A DNA stretch of 64,000 nt from Candidatus Saccharimonadales bacterium. GTDB lineage: Bacteria; Patescibacteriota; Saccharimonadia; QS-5-54-17. The first letter of the stretch is position 1. Each line of letters begins with the position of its first letter. The stretch covers positions 37,330 through 101,329 of the forward strand of contig JBBDOS010000004.1 of the NCBI GenBank assembly GCA_040876925.1, written 5' to 3'. Under the pieces are notes generated by a model. The model saw only the letters and a list, made by a program, of their open reading frames with translations, had not been told where the DNA came from and did no database searches. A program made the translations under genes and the position numbers. Shown one piece after another: positions 50,844 to 59,659 of this stretch.

Positions 50844-51536
50844 ATGAGCTCAAGCTATAAAACTAATGGTATTATCCTAAGTAGACGCGATTACTTAGAA
50901 GCTGATCGAATCTATACCATTATCACTCCTGGGCAGAAAGTGTCTGCAATTGCTAAAGGCATTAGAAAAAGTAACGCCAAATTAGCTTCTCATTTAGATC
51001 TATTTGCTGAAATAGAGTTGATGTTTGTCAGGGGTAAAAGCCTAGATATTATAACTTCTGCTAGAACCATTACTCATGTAGATATATCTGATGATTACGA
51101 TAAGTTACAGGTGGGATTTTTGTTTTTAGAGATGGTCAATAAGCTAACTGATACTGAAGATATTGGCGGAGTCTATGACTTATTAGCCTCCCATATTCAA
51201 TTGTTAGAAGAACTGCCTTTATCGGTATGTGAACTAGGCTTTAAGCTCAAGCTACTAGCTGAGCTTGGGCATAAACCAGATATGATGACTCCCGAGGGTA
51301 TTTTAGGAGGTAATTTAGGGTTAGATATCGAGCATGGTAAGTTAGTTGATGTTAATTCACCTCTGGCTAATAGGCTAGACTCTGATCATATAAAGTTGTG
51401 GCGTTTATTACTAGATAAGCCAACTAGGCAAGTTGCTAGGGTCGGTGGAGCTATCACAGCAGCTGAAAAAAGCATGGCAGTTTGTGATCAGTTCATCAAA
51501 CAACAATTCGGAGTGAATTTTAGGGCCAAGAATTAG
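50844..51536 (+). CDS. recO: DNA repair protein RecO
   Basis: GIIL.RRDY.EADRI, AIAKGIRK.NAKL..HL; upstream of glyS. Confidence 0.9.
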   Translation: MSSSYKTNGIILSRRDYLEADRIYTIITPGQKVSAIAKGIRKSNAKLASHLDLFAEIELMFVRGKSLDIITSARTITHVDISDDYDKLQVGFLFLEMVNKLTDTEDIGGVYDLLASHIQLLEELPLSVCELGFKLKLLAELGHKPDMMTPEGILGGNLGLDIEHGKLVDVNSPLANRLDSDHIKLWRLLLDKPTRQVARVGGAITAAEKSMAVCDQFIKQQFGVNFRAKN

Positions 51537-51565
51537 AACGCATGAATCTGTTATACTAACTATTA

Positions 51566-52942
51566 ATGACCAAGAAGAAAACTGATGCTAGTTTAGAAAC
51601 CTTAACGTCTTTAGCTAAAAGACGCGGCTTTATATATCAAGGTAGTGATATATATGGTGGTTTAGCCGGTACCTGGGATTATGGGCCATTGGGTGTACAA
51701 CTCAAGCGTAATATGGCTAATTTATGGTGGCAGATGTTTGTTGAGAGTAGGGAAGATGTTTACGGTCTAGATTCGGCAGTATTAATGAGTCAGAAGGTTT
51801 GGGAAGCTAGTGGTCATACTGGAGCGGGGTTTGCTGATTTATTAGTTGAAGACGTAGTTACTAAACAGCGCTACAGAGCTGATCATTTACTAGAGGATAA
51901 CGGCATAGAAGACGCCGAATCTATGAGCCTAGAAGAGGTCAATAAGGCGATAAAAGATCAGGGGATTAAGAGCCCCGATGGTAATGACTTAAGTGAAGCT
52001 AGACAGTTTAATCTGATGTTTGAGACATCAATAGGTGCTACTTCTGATGACGTGAATAAGATCTACTTGCGTCCCGAGACTGCCCAGGGTATGTTTGTGA
52101 ATTTCAAGAATGTTGTTGATAGTATTTATCCGGACTTGCCATTTGGTCTAGCTCAAATTGGCAAGGCTTTTCGTAATGAAATTAGCCCCCGGGAGTTTAT
52201 ATTTAGAACCCGCGAATTTGAAATTATGGAGCTGGAATACTTTATATTGGAGAAGGACTGGGAGAAATATTTCGAAAACTGGCGCCTGGATTTCTATAAC
52301 TGGTGTGAGGCTATAGGCCTAGATAAGCAGCGTATTCATGAAGTTGAAGTGCCAGAAGCTGATAGAGCTCACTACTCAAAGCGGACTATAGATTTTGAAT
52401 ATGAGTTTGATTTTGGAGTTAAAGAGATAGCAGCTGTAGCTTATAGAACTGACTTTGATTTAAGTAATCATATGAGTCAATCAGGAGCTAACCTGCACTA
52501 CCCGATTAAGGGAACTAATGAAAAGGTTACACCGCACGTGATTGAGCCTACCTGGGGACTTGATCGTAACTTGCTAGCTGTACTAGCTGCTAGTTACTGT
52601 GAGGATGAGCAGGGTGGAGACAAGCGCTCTTTTCTTAAATTACCTAGCAATCTAGCTCCTATTAAAGTAGCTGTATTCCCATTACTCAAGAACAAGTCGG
52701 AACTAGTTGACAAAGCCAAACAAGTACATGAGCTGCTCCATAATCACTTTGGCTCAGTAGTTATAGATGATAACGGTAATATCGGTAAGCGGTATCGTCG
52801 CCAGGATGAGATAGGCACACCTTATTGTGTAACTATTGATTTCGACACCCTAGAGGATGGCACAGTTACTCTAAGGGATAGAGATAGTACAGAGCAGGTG
52901 CGAGTAAATGTCGATAAATTAATAGAAAAAATTGATATCTAG
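51566..52942 (+). CDS. glyS: Glycine--tRNA ligase (dimeric, GlyQS type)
   Basis: KRRGF, DYGPLG, YLRPETAQG, FRNEISP, IGKRYRRQDEIGTP. Confidence 0.96.
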   Translation: MTKKKTDASLETLTSLAKRRGFIYQGSDIYGGLAGTWDYGPLGVQLKRNMANLWWQMFVESREDVYGLDSAVLMSQKVWEASGHTGAGFADLLVEDVVTKQRYRADHLLEDNGIEDAESMSLEEVNKAIKDQGIKSPDGNDLSEARQFNLMFETSIGATSDDVNKIYLRPETAQGMFVNFKNVVDSIYPDLPFGLAQIGKAFRNEISPREFIFRTREFEIMELEYFILEKDWEKYFENWRLDFYNWCEAIGLDKQRIHEVEVPEADRAHYSKRTIDFEYEFDFGVKEIAAVAYRTDFDLSNHMSQSGANLHYPIKGTNEKVTPHVIEPTWGLDRNLLAVLAASYCEDEQGGDKRSFLKLPSNLAPIKVAVFPLLKNKSELVDKAKQVHELLHNHFGSVVIDDNGNIGKRYRRQDEIGTPYCVTIDFDTLEDGTVTLRDRDSTEQVRVNVDKLIEKIDI

Positions 52943-52963
52943 ATTTTAAAAGAGAGGATAAAT

Positions 52964-53545
52964 ATGCCCAAACTAAACCAACAAAACCAACAAAATAATC
53001 AAAAAACACCAGCTAATAACTATGCCTTCATAGATGGTCAAAATCTTAATATGGGAGTGCAATCTCTAGGCTGGAAACTAGACTACAAGAAGTTTCGAGA
53101 CTACTTGCAAAACAAGCTTGGCGTCTCAAGAGCCTATATGTTTATAGGGTTCTTAGAGGAGCAGCAAGCTCTATACAATGCTTTGCAAGAAGCAGGCTTT
53201 ATCCTGGTATTTAAACCATTAATTCGCCACGGAGGCGATAGTGAGATCAAGGGCAATGTCGATGCCGAGTTAGTATTGCAAACCATGATAGATATAGACA
53301 GATATGATCAGGCGGTAATCGTTACTGGAGACGGTGATTTCGCTGGGCTGATTAGGCATTTAATGAGCATTAATAAGCTTAGTCAGATTATTATCCCCAA
53401 TAAAGACAAATACTCTTCACTGTTTGATAGATTAGAAGAGTTTGATAATAAACACGCTACCTATATGAGTGATATACGCAAATCAGTAGAGTATCCAAGT
53501 AGGAGAAGAAACTACAAAAAATCTCAAAAATCTTCTAGCAATTGA
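52964..53545 (+). CDS. NYN (LabA/PIN-like) domain protein
   Basis: AFIDGQNL, KGNVDAEL, VTGDGDF. Confidence 0.88.
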   Translation: MPKLNQQNQQNNQKTPANNYAFIDGQNLNMGVQSLGWKLDYKKFRDYLQNKLGVSRAYMFIGFLEEQQALYNALQEAGFILVFKPLIRHGGDSEIKGNVDAELVLQTMIDIDRYDQAVIVTGDGDFAGLIRHLMSINKLSQIIIPNKDKYSSLFDRLEEFDNKHATYMSDIRKSVEYPSRRRNYKKSQKSSSN

Positions 53546-53577
53546 TATACTAAAAAAGCCTAAGGAGAAAAAATATT

Positions 53578-54054
53578 ATGACAGACACTCAAAAACTATA
53601 TAGGATTCCTGAAGAGGGCGTTATAGCTGGTGTTTGTGCGGGTCTAGCTGATTATTTTGATATAGATGTTACTCTCATCAGAGTAATCTTTGTGGTGCTG
53701 ACTTTCGCTGGTGCCGGTTTCGGAGTCTTACTCTATATATTACTAGCCATACTAACACCAACTAAAGGGTCAAAGGGTGCAGCCGAATTCGCAAGTAGTG
53801 AGGATTTTCAAGATGGCAAGGATTCCTTACGTGAGACAGGTGAGAACCTGCAAAAAACAGCAGCCGATATTAAGGAAAATCTATCTGGTAGCAAAATTAA
53901 ACTACGCAACTACCTAGGTATTGGGTTAGTGCTATTTGGTATATGGTTACTATTAGAACAGTTCATGCCAGATCTATTTATTGTCGACTGGAATTATGTC
54001 TGGCCAGTGTTTTTAGTATTGCTAGGACTAATGATACTATCGAAGCGTAAGTAA
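53578..54054 (+). CDS. PspC domain protein with C-terminal LiaI/DUF5668-like TM hairpin
   Basis: KLYR......IAGVCAGLADYF.ID..LIR; C-terminal WP.FLVLLG. Confidence 0.88.
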   Translation: MTDTQKLYRIPEEGVIAGVCAGLADYFDIDVTLIRVIFVVLTFAGAGFGVLLYILLAILTPTKGSKGAAEFASSEDFQDGKDSLRETGENLQKTAADIKENLSGSKIKLRNYLGIGLVLFGIWLLLEQFMPDLFIVDWNYVWPVFLVLLGLMILSKRK

Positions 54055-54103
54055 CTTAGGAATAAGAGTAAGTAAACAGAAGGAAAGTAGAGTAGGTAAA
54101 TAT

Positions 54104-55057
54104 ATGGATGAACAAAATCAAAATCAGAAACCACAAGCAAGCTTTATGGCTAAAGTAGCTGGTTTCATACTAAATATAAGAGTAGGTAAGTTGTTTTGGG
54201 GTGGATTGCTGCTAATCATTGGATTATTAGCCTTGCTCAATAATTTCGGTATAGTAGAGGCTCGTTTCGGTAACTTATGGCGTTTATGGCCGCTAATTAT
54301 AGTGGCAGTAGGATTATCGGTACTATCTCTGAAAGGATTAGTTAGTCGGCTAATTACAATCCTATTCGTACTAGCCGCGTTAGCTGGCGTACTGATTATG
54401 AGTATTAGTGATGCCCAGACTAGAGAAGATAAGTTGACTTATGCATCAGTTGAAGTATTTGAGGACGTTACAAACGCTACAGTGTCTTTTAGCGGTGGGG
54501 CTGGCCCGATAAATATTACTAGCCAGCCCCAAGGCAATTTGGTAGAAGCTAGCTTAGATAGTAATTTTGCTGAGCTAGAATATGCTGCTTCTCGAGACAA
54601 CACAATTCAATTAGTAGATCTTAAAGCTAGAGGATCTGAGCGTTGGTGGCTAGGGGACTTTAGTAGTGAGTTTGATATGCGCCTACTAGAAGGTATGCCG
54701 ATTAACTTAACCCTAGATGTCGGGGCTACTAATATATCAGCAGATTTTAGTGAACTAGTATTGGAGGATCTAAGGATTAACGCCGGGGCTAGTTCTTTGG
54801 ATTTACGGTTTAGTGATATTGTAGACCTACTTAATGTCAGTCTAAATGTCGGCGCTAGCTCTATGGATATTTATGTACCAGAGGAGGCGGGTCTAAGGGT
54901 ATCTATTTCTAGTAGTTTAAGCGAGTTTAAATTACCAGATAGTTTAGTAGAGGTAAGCGATGGGGTATATGAGAGCCGTGGATATACTAATGCAGTAAAA
55001 AAGATTAATATTTCTGGCAGTACAGGGGTTTCGAGTCTAAATATTGAGTATTATTAA
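54104..55057 (+). CDS. LiaF/DUF5668-like membrane protein with adhesin-like beta domain
   Basis: LWPLIIVAVG TM block; repeated GA(S/T) beta-solenoid-like segments; follows pspC. Confidence 0.7.
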   Translation: MDEQNQNQKPQASFMAKVAGFILNIRVGKLFWGGLLLIIGLLALLNNFGIVEARFGNLWRLWPLIIVAVGLSVLSLKGLVSRLITILFVLAALAGVLIMSISDAQTREDKLTYASVEVFEDVTNATVSFSGGAGPINITSQPQGNLVEASLDSNFAELEYAASRDNTIQLVDLKARGSERWWLGDFSSEFDMRLLEGMPINLTLDVGATNISADFSELVLEDLRINAGASSLDLRFSDIVDLLNVSLNVGASSMDIYVPEEAGLRVSISSSLSEFKLPDSLVEVSDGVYESRGYTNAVKKINISGSTGVSSLNIEYY

Positions 55058-55149
55058 CCCATGCAATCAGGCTCTACATAATATATGATTTGCAATTTAA
55101 TAGCCCTTGTTGCTAATATAAACGTAAGTTAAAAATTTAAGGATAAACA

Positions 55150-55425
55150 ATGTCAGTTATAAAAGTAGTCGGTCTACAACACCCAAATGCTAGTGAACCA
55201 CAGATTACTATGGGTGCTGATGGCAGTGTTAATATTGAGGGTTTAGATAGTGTAGGTGGTGTTCATGCTACCTTTACTGACTGGTCAAAATATTATGATG
55301 ATAACAAACCAGCAATTGATTTTGGCACCCTAAGTCAAAACGTAGATTTTTCTAGTGAATACTTTCCTGCCAACAAGATAGATTTCGCCATAGGAACTGC
55401 TCAAACAGACTTCGGCGTATTTTAG
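55150..55425 (+). CDS. Hypothetical small protein
   Basis: 91-aa ORF preceded by a TTGCAA...TGCTAATAT promoter-like element and TAAGGA. Confidence 0.6.
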   Translation: MSVIKVVGLQHPNASEPQITMGADGSVNIEGLDSVGGVHATFTDWSKYYDDNKPAIDFGTLSQNVDFSSEYFPANKIDFAIGTAQTDFGVF

Positions 55426-55619
55426 AGACTTAAAAGTTCTCTTCTCAAATAGTTTTTAGTAGTTCTTAAGAAAATATTTAGCATCTTTGTGTTAATTAGT
55501 TGCTTTAGTGCGCGTAGTTTTTAATACGCAAGAATCCACATATAGCGTGAGTGATATATAAGCCTACTCCATATAATCAATACTTGCTCGTGTTCGGTAA
55601 AAATTCGCCTACATCTGTG

Positions 55620-55672
55620 TAGACGTGGGTAATATATAGATGTATATTGAGTTTAGTGGGTAGCAGTGGGTA
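55620..55672 (+). promoter_or_regulatory. dcw promoter with MraZ-type direct repeats
   Basis: TAGACG-17-TATATT; AGTGGGTA at 55655 and 55665 (10-bp period) plus GTGGGTA at 55625; MraZ proteins are known to bind GTGG-type repeats upstream of mraZ. Confidence 0.75.
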
Positions 55673-55708
55673 AACCCCATAATAGCAACTCAAGGGAAAT
55701 TAAAATCT

Positions 55709-56071
55709 ATGACACGACTCGATTACTTCCAACGCAAGCTCGATGAGAAGAACCGGTTAACCATACCGGCTGAAGCTCGTAGTGAGTTTGAAGATGGGGA
55801 AGTGGTCATAACCCGAGGCTTTGGTAAGTACCTGCACCTTTATAGTAAAAGTGTATGGGAGGACTCCATGGAATCAGCCTTAGCAGGTGACATATTAGAT
55901 GAGCGTATAGCTGATTTAAATGTAAAATTCCGCACCGGGAAACAAAACACCAAGCTAGATTCTAAGCAAGGTCGCATAACTATCGACCAGGAGCTTCTAG
56001 ATTATGCAGGTATGGATAAGACCATAGTTGCGGTAAGAGTCGGTAAATACTGGAGATTAACGAGACCCTAA
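55709..56071 (+). CDS. mraZ: Division/cell-wall cluster regulator MraZ
   Basis: LDEKNRLTIP and LDSKQGRITI AbrB-like repeats; upstream of rsmH. Confidence 0.9.
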   Translation: MTRLDYFQRKLDEKNRLTIPAEARSEFEDGEVVITRGFGKYLHLYSKSVWEDSMESALAGDILDERIADLNVKFRTGKQNTKLDSKQGRITIDQELLDYAGMDKTIVAVRVGKYWRLTRP

Positions 56072-56151
56072 ATAAATACCTTAATTTCACCAAATCGTAT
56101 TAGTAATCAAACTTTGATTGGTACCTTTAAAAACAAAAACAAAAACAAGCA

Positions 56152-56417
56152 CGAGATCATCTATGTGGCAGTCAGCGGGTGATTTTAGGGTTATTATCAC
56201 CCTTATCAATAAACCCTCGCACTTCAAATCTCCAAAAACAACAACTCCACCTCACACGTCTCTCTTTTTGAAGGAATTATTCTAATTCCTTACTATTACG
56301 ACCCTCCCCTAATTTTTTAGGAGACGGGGCTTAGTTCTTTAGCATTTCTTGCTAAAAAACATCTAAAACAAAAACAACGAGAAAAACAAAAAGCTGGCTG
56401 CTACTTAGGTGATCTTG
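56152..56417 (+). ncRNA. Candidate novel structured RNA between mraZ and rsmH
   Basis: 25-bp closing helix 56152-56176/56393-56417 (4 G-U pairs, 1 mismatch), internal hairpins, possible pseudoknot, CA-rich linkers. Confidence 0.7.
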
Positions 56418-56419
56418 AT

Positions 56420-57295
56420 ATGCAAAACAAAAACACAACAAACCAATCTATATACCATCAACCAGTACTGCTACACTCAGTACTGGAGCTTACTAGACCT
56501 CAACAGGGCGATACCTACCTAGATTTAACAGCTGGGTACGGTGGTCACGCTGAAAAGGTTATAGAGGCAATAGGTGGTGAGGCTCAGGCGACATTAGTTG
56601 ACCGTGATCCTTACGCTATAGAGTTCTTACAAAGTAAGTTCGGCTTAGCGAAAGTCATTCATAGTGATTTTCTATCAGCTCTAGACTCTATAGAGTCAGT
56701 GGATTTGGTTTTAGTGGATTTGGGTGTATCGTCACCGCAATTTGACAACGCCAATCGTGGTTTTAGCTTTAAGGAAGAAGCACCACTGGATATGCGGATG
56801 GATCCAGGTCAGTCTTTAACCGCTGCAGAGATAGTTAATAGCTACTCTAAAGAAGATTTAGCTGATTTGATCTACGCTTACGGGGAAGAACATCGTTCTA
56901 GGCAAATAGCTACAGCTATTATCGAATCTAGACCGATTACTACTACTAAGCATCTAGCAGATATAGTAGCTAGATCCTCCAGAGGCAAAAGCCGTATTCA
57001 TCCAGCTACGCTAACTTTTCAAGCTCTGCGTATAGCTGTTAACGATGAGTTAAATCAGCTTAAATCAGCCTTACCACAGATTGAGCAAGTGCTTAATCCC
57101 GGCGGTAGAGTAGCTATCATATCCTTCCATAGTCTGGAAGATAGAATAGTTAAGAACTACTTCCGAGATAGTGACTATCTTGAACCAATTAATAAGAAAG
57201 TGGTACAAGGTAGGGTAGAAGATGTATCAAACCCCAGAGCTCGTAGCGCCAAACTGCGAGTAGCTGTTAAAAATAAAAACAAAAAGGAGGTCTAA
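56420..57295 (+). CDS. rsmH: 16S rRNA m4C1402 methyltransferase
   Basis: HQPVLL, DLTAGYGGH, DLGVSSPQ, PLDMRMD, ISFHSLEDR, NPRARSAKLR. Confidence 0.97.
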   Translation: MQNKNTTNQSIYHQPVLLHSVLELTRPQQGDTYLDLTAGYGGHAEKVIEAIGGEAQATLVDRDPYAIEFLQSKFGLAKVIHSDFLSALDSIESVDLVLVDLGVSSPQFDNANRGFSFKEEAPLDMRMDPGQSLTAAEIVNSYSKEDLADLIYAYGEEHRSRQIATAIIESRPITTTKHLADIVARSSRGKSRIHPATLTFQALRIAVNDELNQLKSALPQIEQVLNPGGRVAIISFHSLEDRIVKNYFRDSDYLEPINKKVVQGRVEDVSNPRARSAKLRVAVKNKNKKEV

Positions 57296-57296
57296 A

Positions 57297-57380
57297 ATGG
57301 CTATTAAAGTAAAAGCATACGGCAGTAATGTACGTGCCCAGAAGATAGAAGTTAAGGTTCGTCAATTAGTGGCAGCCTAG
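57297..57380 (+). CDS. Unannotated 27-aa small ORF MAIKVKAYGSNVRAQKIEVKVRQLVAA
   Basis: SD AGGAGGT at 57285-91, 5-nt spacer, ATG 57297, TAG 57378-80; 1 nt after rsmH stop. Confidence 0.6.
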   Translation: MAIKVKAYGSNVRAQKIEVKVRQLVAA

Positions 57381-57459
57381 ATTTACTATTCTAGATCAGG
57401 GTGGGGGTTTAACAATAAGTATAAGCAAAAACAAAAATTTTAAGGAAATAAAAACAAAG

Positions 57460-57819
57460 ATGTATTACCAACAAACCATGGCTCAAAGCCGCACCAGCAG
57501 AAAGCGATCAGGGAGCGTTCATCGTAACCGCGAACTTAGAAGCTGGAAAGCTACTGCCAATATGGGTCCAGTAACTTCTACGCTATTTCTAGTGGTCATA
57601 GCTTCTGTTTTAGCTCTTTTATACCTAACACAGATAACCAAAACTAGTGTTTATGGTTATCAAATCAACGAGCTCAATACAGAACAAGCTGCTCTGATTG
57701 AAGAACAGCAAGAACTACGTGTAGAAGCCGCCCGGTTGCAGTCAGTTGCACGTATTGAAGGTTCAGAGGTTACTGCTGGGCTAGAGCCAGAGACGAGTGT
57801 CTCTTATGATAGCCGCTAG
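57460..57819 (+). CDS. ftsL: FtsL-like cell division protein
   Basis: Basic cytoplasmic tail, one TM helix, coiled coil; position between rsmH and ftsI. Confidence 0.7.
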   Translation: MYYQQTMAQSRTSRKRSGSVHRNRELRSWKATANMGPVTSTLFLVVIASVLALLYLTQITKTSVYGYQINELNTEQAALIEEQQELRVEAARLQSVARIEGSEVTAGLEPETSVSYDSR

Positions 57820-59530
57820 ATTTACTAGAATTAGTATATTAGCCATAGCTTTTGTTGCTATGGCTGCTCTAGTTTTGGGTAGATTAGTCTATTTACAGAT
57901 CATTCAACATGATTATTTCAGTGTTTTAGCGGCGCAGACTCATAGCCGTAAGTTTGAGATAGAACCACAAAGAGGTCAGATATATATACATGATCGTGGT
58001 GAATTAGTACCTATTGCTATGAATCGTAATCTCAATCTGCTTTATGCTGATACTCGCTATATTTATGATACAGAAGCCGCAGTAGACGGCCTCAAACAAG
58101 TGCTAGGAGAGGACTATAGCGACAAATTAGCTACTGCAGATGGTTACGTAGTTTTAGAAGACGAGATTGATTACAATACTGCCCAGGAAATATTATCTCT
58201 AGAAGTTTCGGGTATAGGTCTAAGCGACCAATATAGAAGAGTTTATCCAGAAGGATCATTAGCGGCTCAGGTATTAGGCTTTGTTAACCATGATGGCCAG
58301 GGTCAGTATGGTATAGAAGGAGAGTTTGATGAGCTACTTAAAGGCTCTCCTGGTATGTATGATATTGAGACAGATGCTAACGGCGTACCGATAGCAACTA
58401 GTGATAATATTCAGCTAGAACCTACACATGGTGATGATATTGTCTTAACGATTGATCGCAATATCCAAGCTAAAGTAGAGTCTGTCTTAGAGAGTAGTGT
58501 AGATGATATGGATGCTCGCTCAGGTCATGCAGTAATTATGGATCCAAACAGTGGTCGGATACTAGCTATGGCCAACTATCCAACTTATGACCCCAACAAC
58601 TACACCGAAGTGGATGATTACCACCGCTTTATTAACGTAACTTCCTCGGATCTATTTGAGCCAGGTTCTGGTTTTAAGGTATTCACTATGGCAGCCGGAC
58701 TAGAGGCTGGTGTCGTTGATAAAGATGAGACATTTGATGATAGTAGCGGATTAGTTAGGGTAGCTGATGCTGTAATACGCAATGTCGGCATACCACATAG
58801 TAGCAGTAGGTCTATGACCGATATTATTACCAACTCAGTTAACACTGGAGCTGTTTATGTACTAGAGAAGTTTGGTGGGGGAGAGATTAATGTAGAAGCT
58901 AGAAGAGGGCTGTATAACTACTTTGCGAATAGATTTAGGTTGACAGAAGCTACTGGTATAGAGCAGCCGGCAGAGCCCAATATGTCTATGGTAGATCCAG
59001 ACAGTGTAGGACCGGTTAATTATGCCAATATTGCCTTTGGTCAAGGTATAGCTACTACTATGGTACGCATGGTGGCTTCTATGGCCGGCATTATTAATGG
59101 CGGCGATATCTACAAGCCTTATCTAGTTGATTACCGCTTAGGCAATAATGGGGAGGTTGCAGCTACTGAGCCGGAAATGATGGCAGAGAATATAGTCTCT
59201 CAAGAGACGTCTGAGACCATCAAGGAAATGATGGCCACTGTAGTTACCGATGGGGGAGGTTATACTATCAACTGGGCACTGCCCAATCACACTGTAGCTG
59301 GCAAGACCGGTACGGCAGAAATACCTAGTGCTGATGGCGGGTATTTATCAGGACAATATATCGGCTCATTTATAGGGTTTGCACCGGTAGAGGAGCCCAA
59401 ATATCTAATGATGGTGCGAGTAGATGATCCTAGGACTCCAGGCTATGCTGGTTCGGCAGCAGCAGCACCAATCTTTGCTGAAATTATGGAGTGGTTAGTG
59501 CGTTATGGCGGGGTAGAGCGTGATAGGTAG
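57797..59530 (+). CDS. ftsI: Division transpeptidase FtsI/PBP3
   Basis: RGQI, RVYPEG, EPGSGFK (SxxK), SVN, KTGTA; dcw position. Confidence 0.9.
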   Translation: MSLMIAARFTRISILAIAFVAMAALVLGRLVYLQIIQHDYFSVLAAQTHSRKFEIEPQRGQIYIHDRGELVPIAMNRNLNLLYADTRYIYDTEAAVDGLKQVLGEDYSDKLATADGYVVLEDEIDYNTAQEILSLEVSGIGLSDQYRRVYPEGSLAAQVLGFVNHDGQGQYGIEGEFDELLKGSPGMYDIETDANGVPIATSDNIQLEPTHGDDIVLTIDRNIQAKVESVLESSVDDMDARSGHAVIMDPNSGRILAMANYPTYDPNNYTEVDDYHRFINVTSSDLFEPGSGFKVFTMAAGLEAGVVDKDETFDDSSGLVRVADAVIRNVGIPHSSSRSMTDIITNSVNTGAVYVLEKFGGGEINVEARRGLYNYFANRFRLTEATGIEQPAEPNMSMVDPDSVGPVNYANIAFGQGIATTMVRMVASMAGIINGGDIYKPYLVDYRLGNNGEVAATEPEMMAENIVSQETSETIKEMMATVVTDGGGYTINWALPNHTVAGKTGTAEIPSADGGYLSGQYIGSFIGFAPVEEPKYLMMVRVDDPRTPGYAGSAAAAPIFAEIMEWLVRYGGVERDR

Positions 59531-59659
59531 AAGTAAGAGTATTTGCTATTCTTACTTTCAAAATTCGACACACATTAATAGAGGGTAGCATAAGAGTAAC
59601 TAGATATAGTAAGATAGTGATTATAGAGTAAGTATTTATTTAAAAAGAGTAACAAAACT

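Noticed and set aside
56223-56252. TTCAAAT...CTCCACC resembling a tRNA-Ala or tmRNA 3' end, together with the LVAA-ending peptide
   Set aside because: No T-stem pairing around TTCAAAT, no CCA (reads CCT), no acceptor-stem partner, and the peptide has its own SD and ATG 1 kb downstream.
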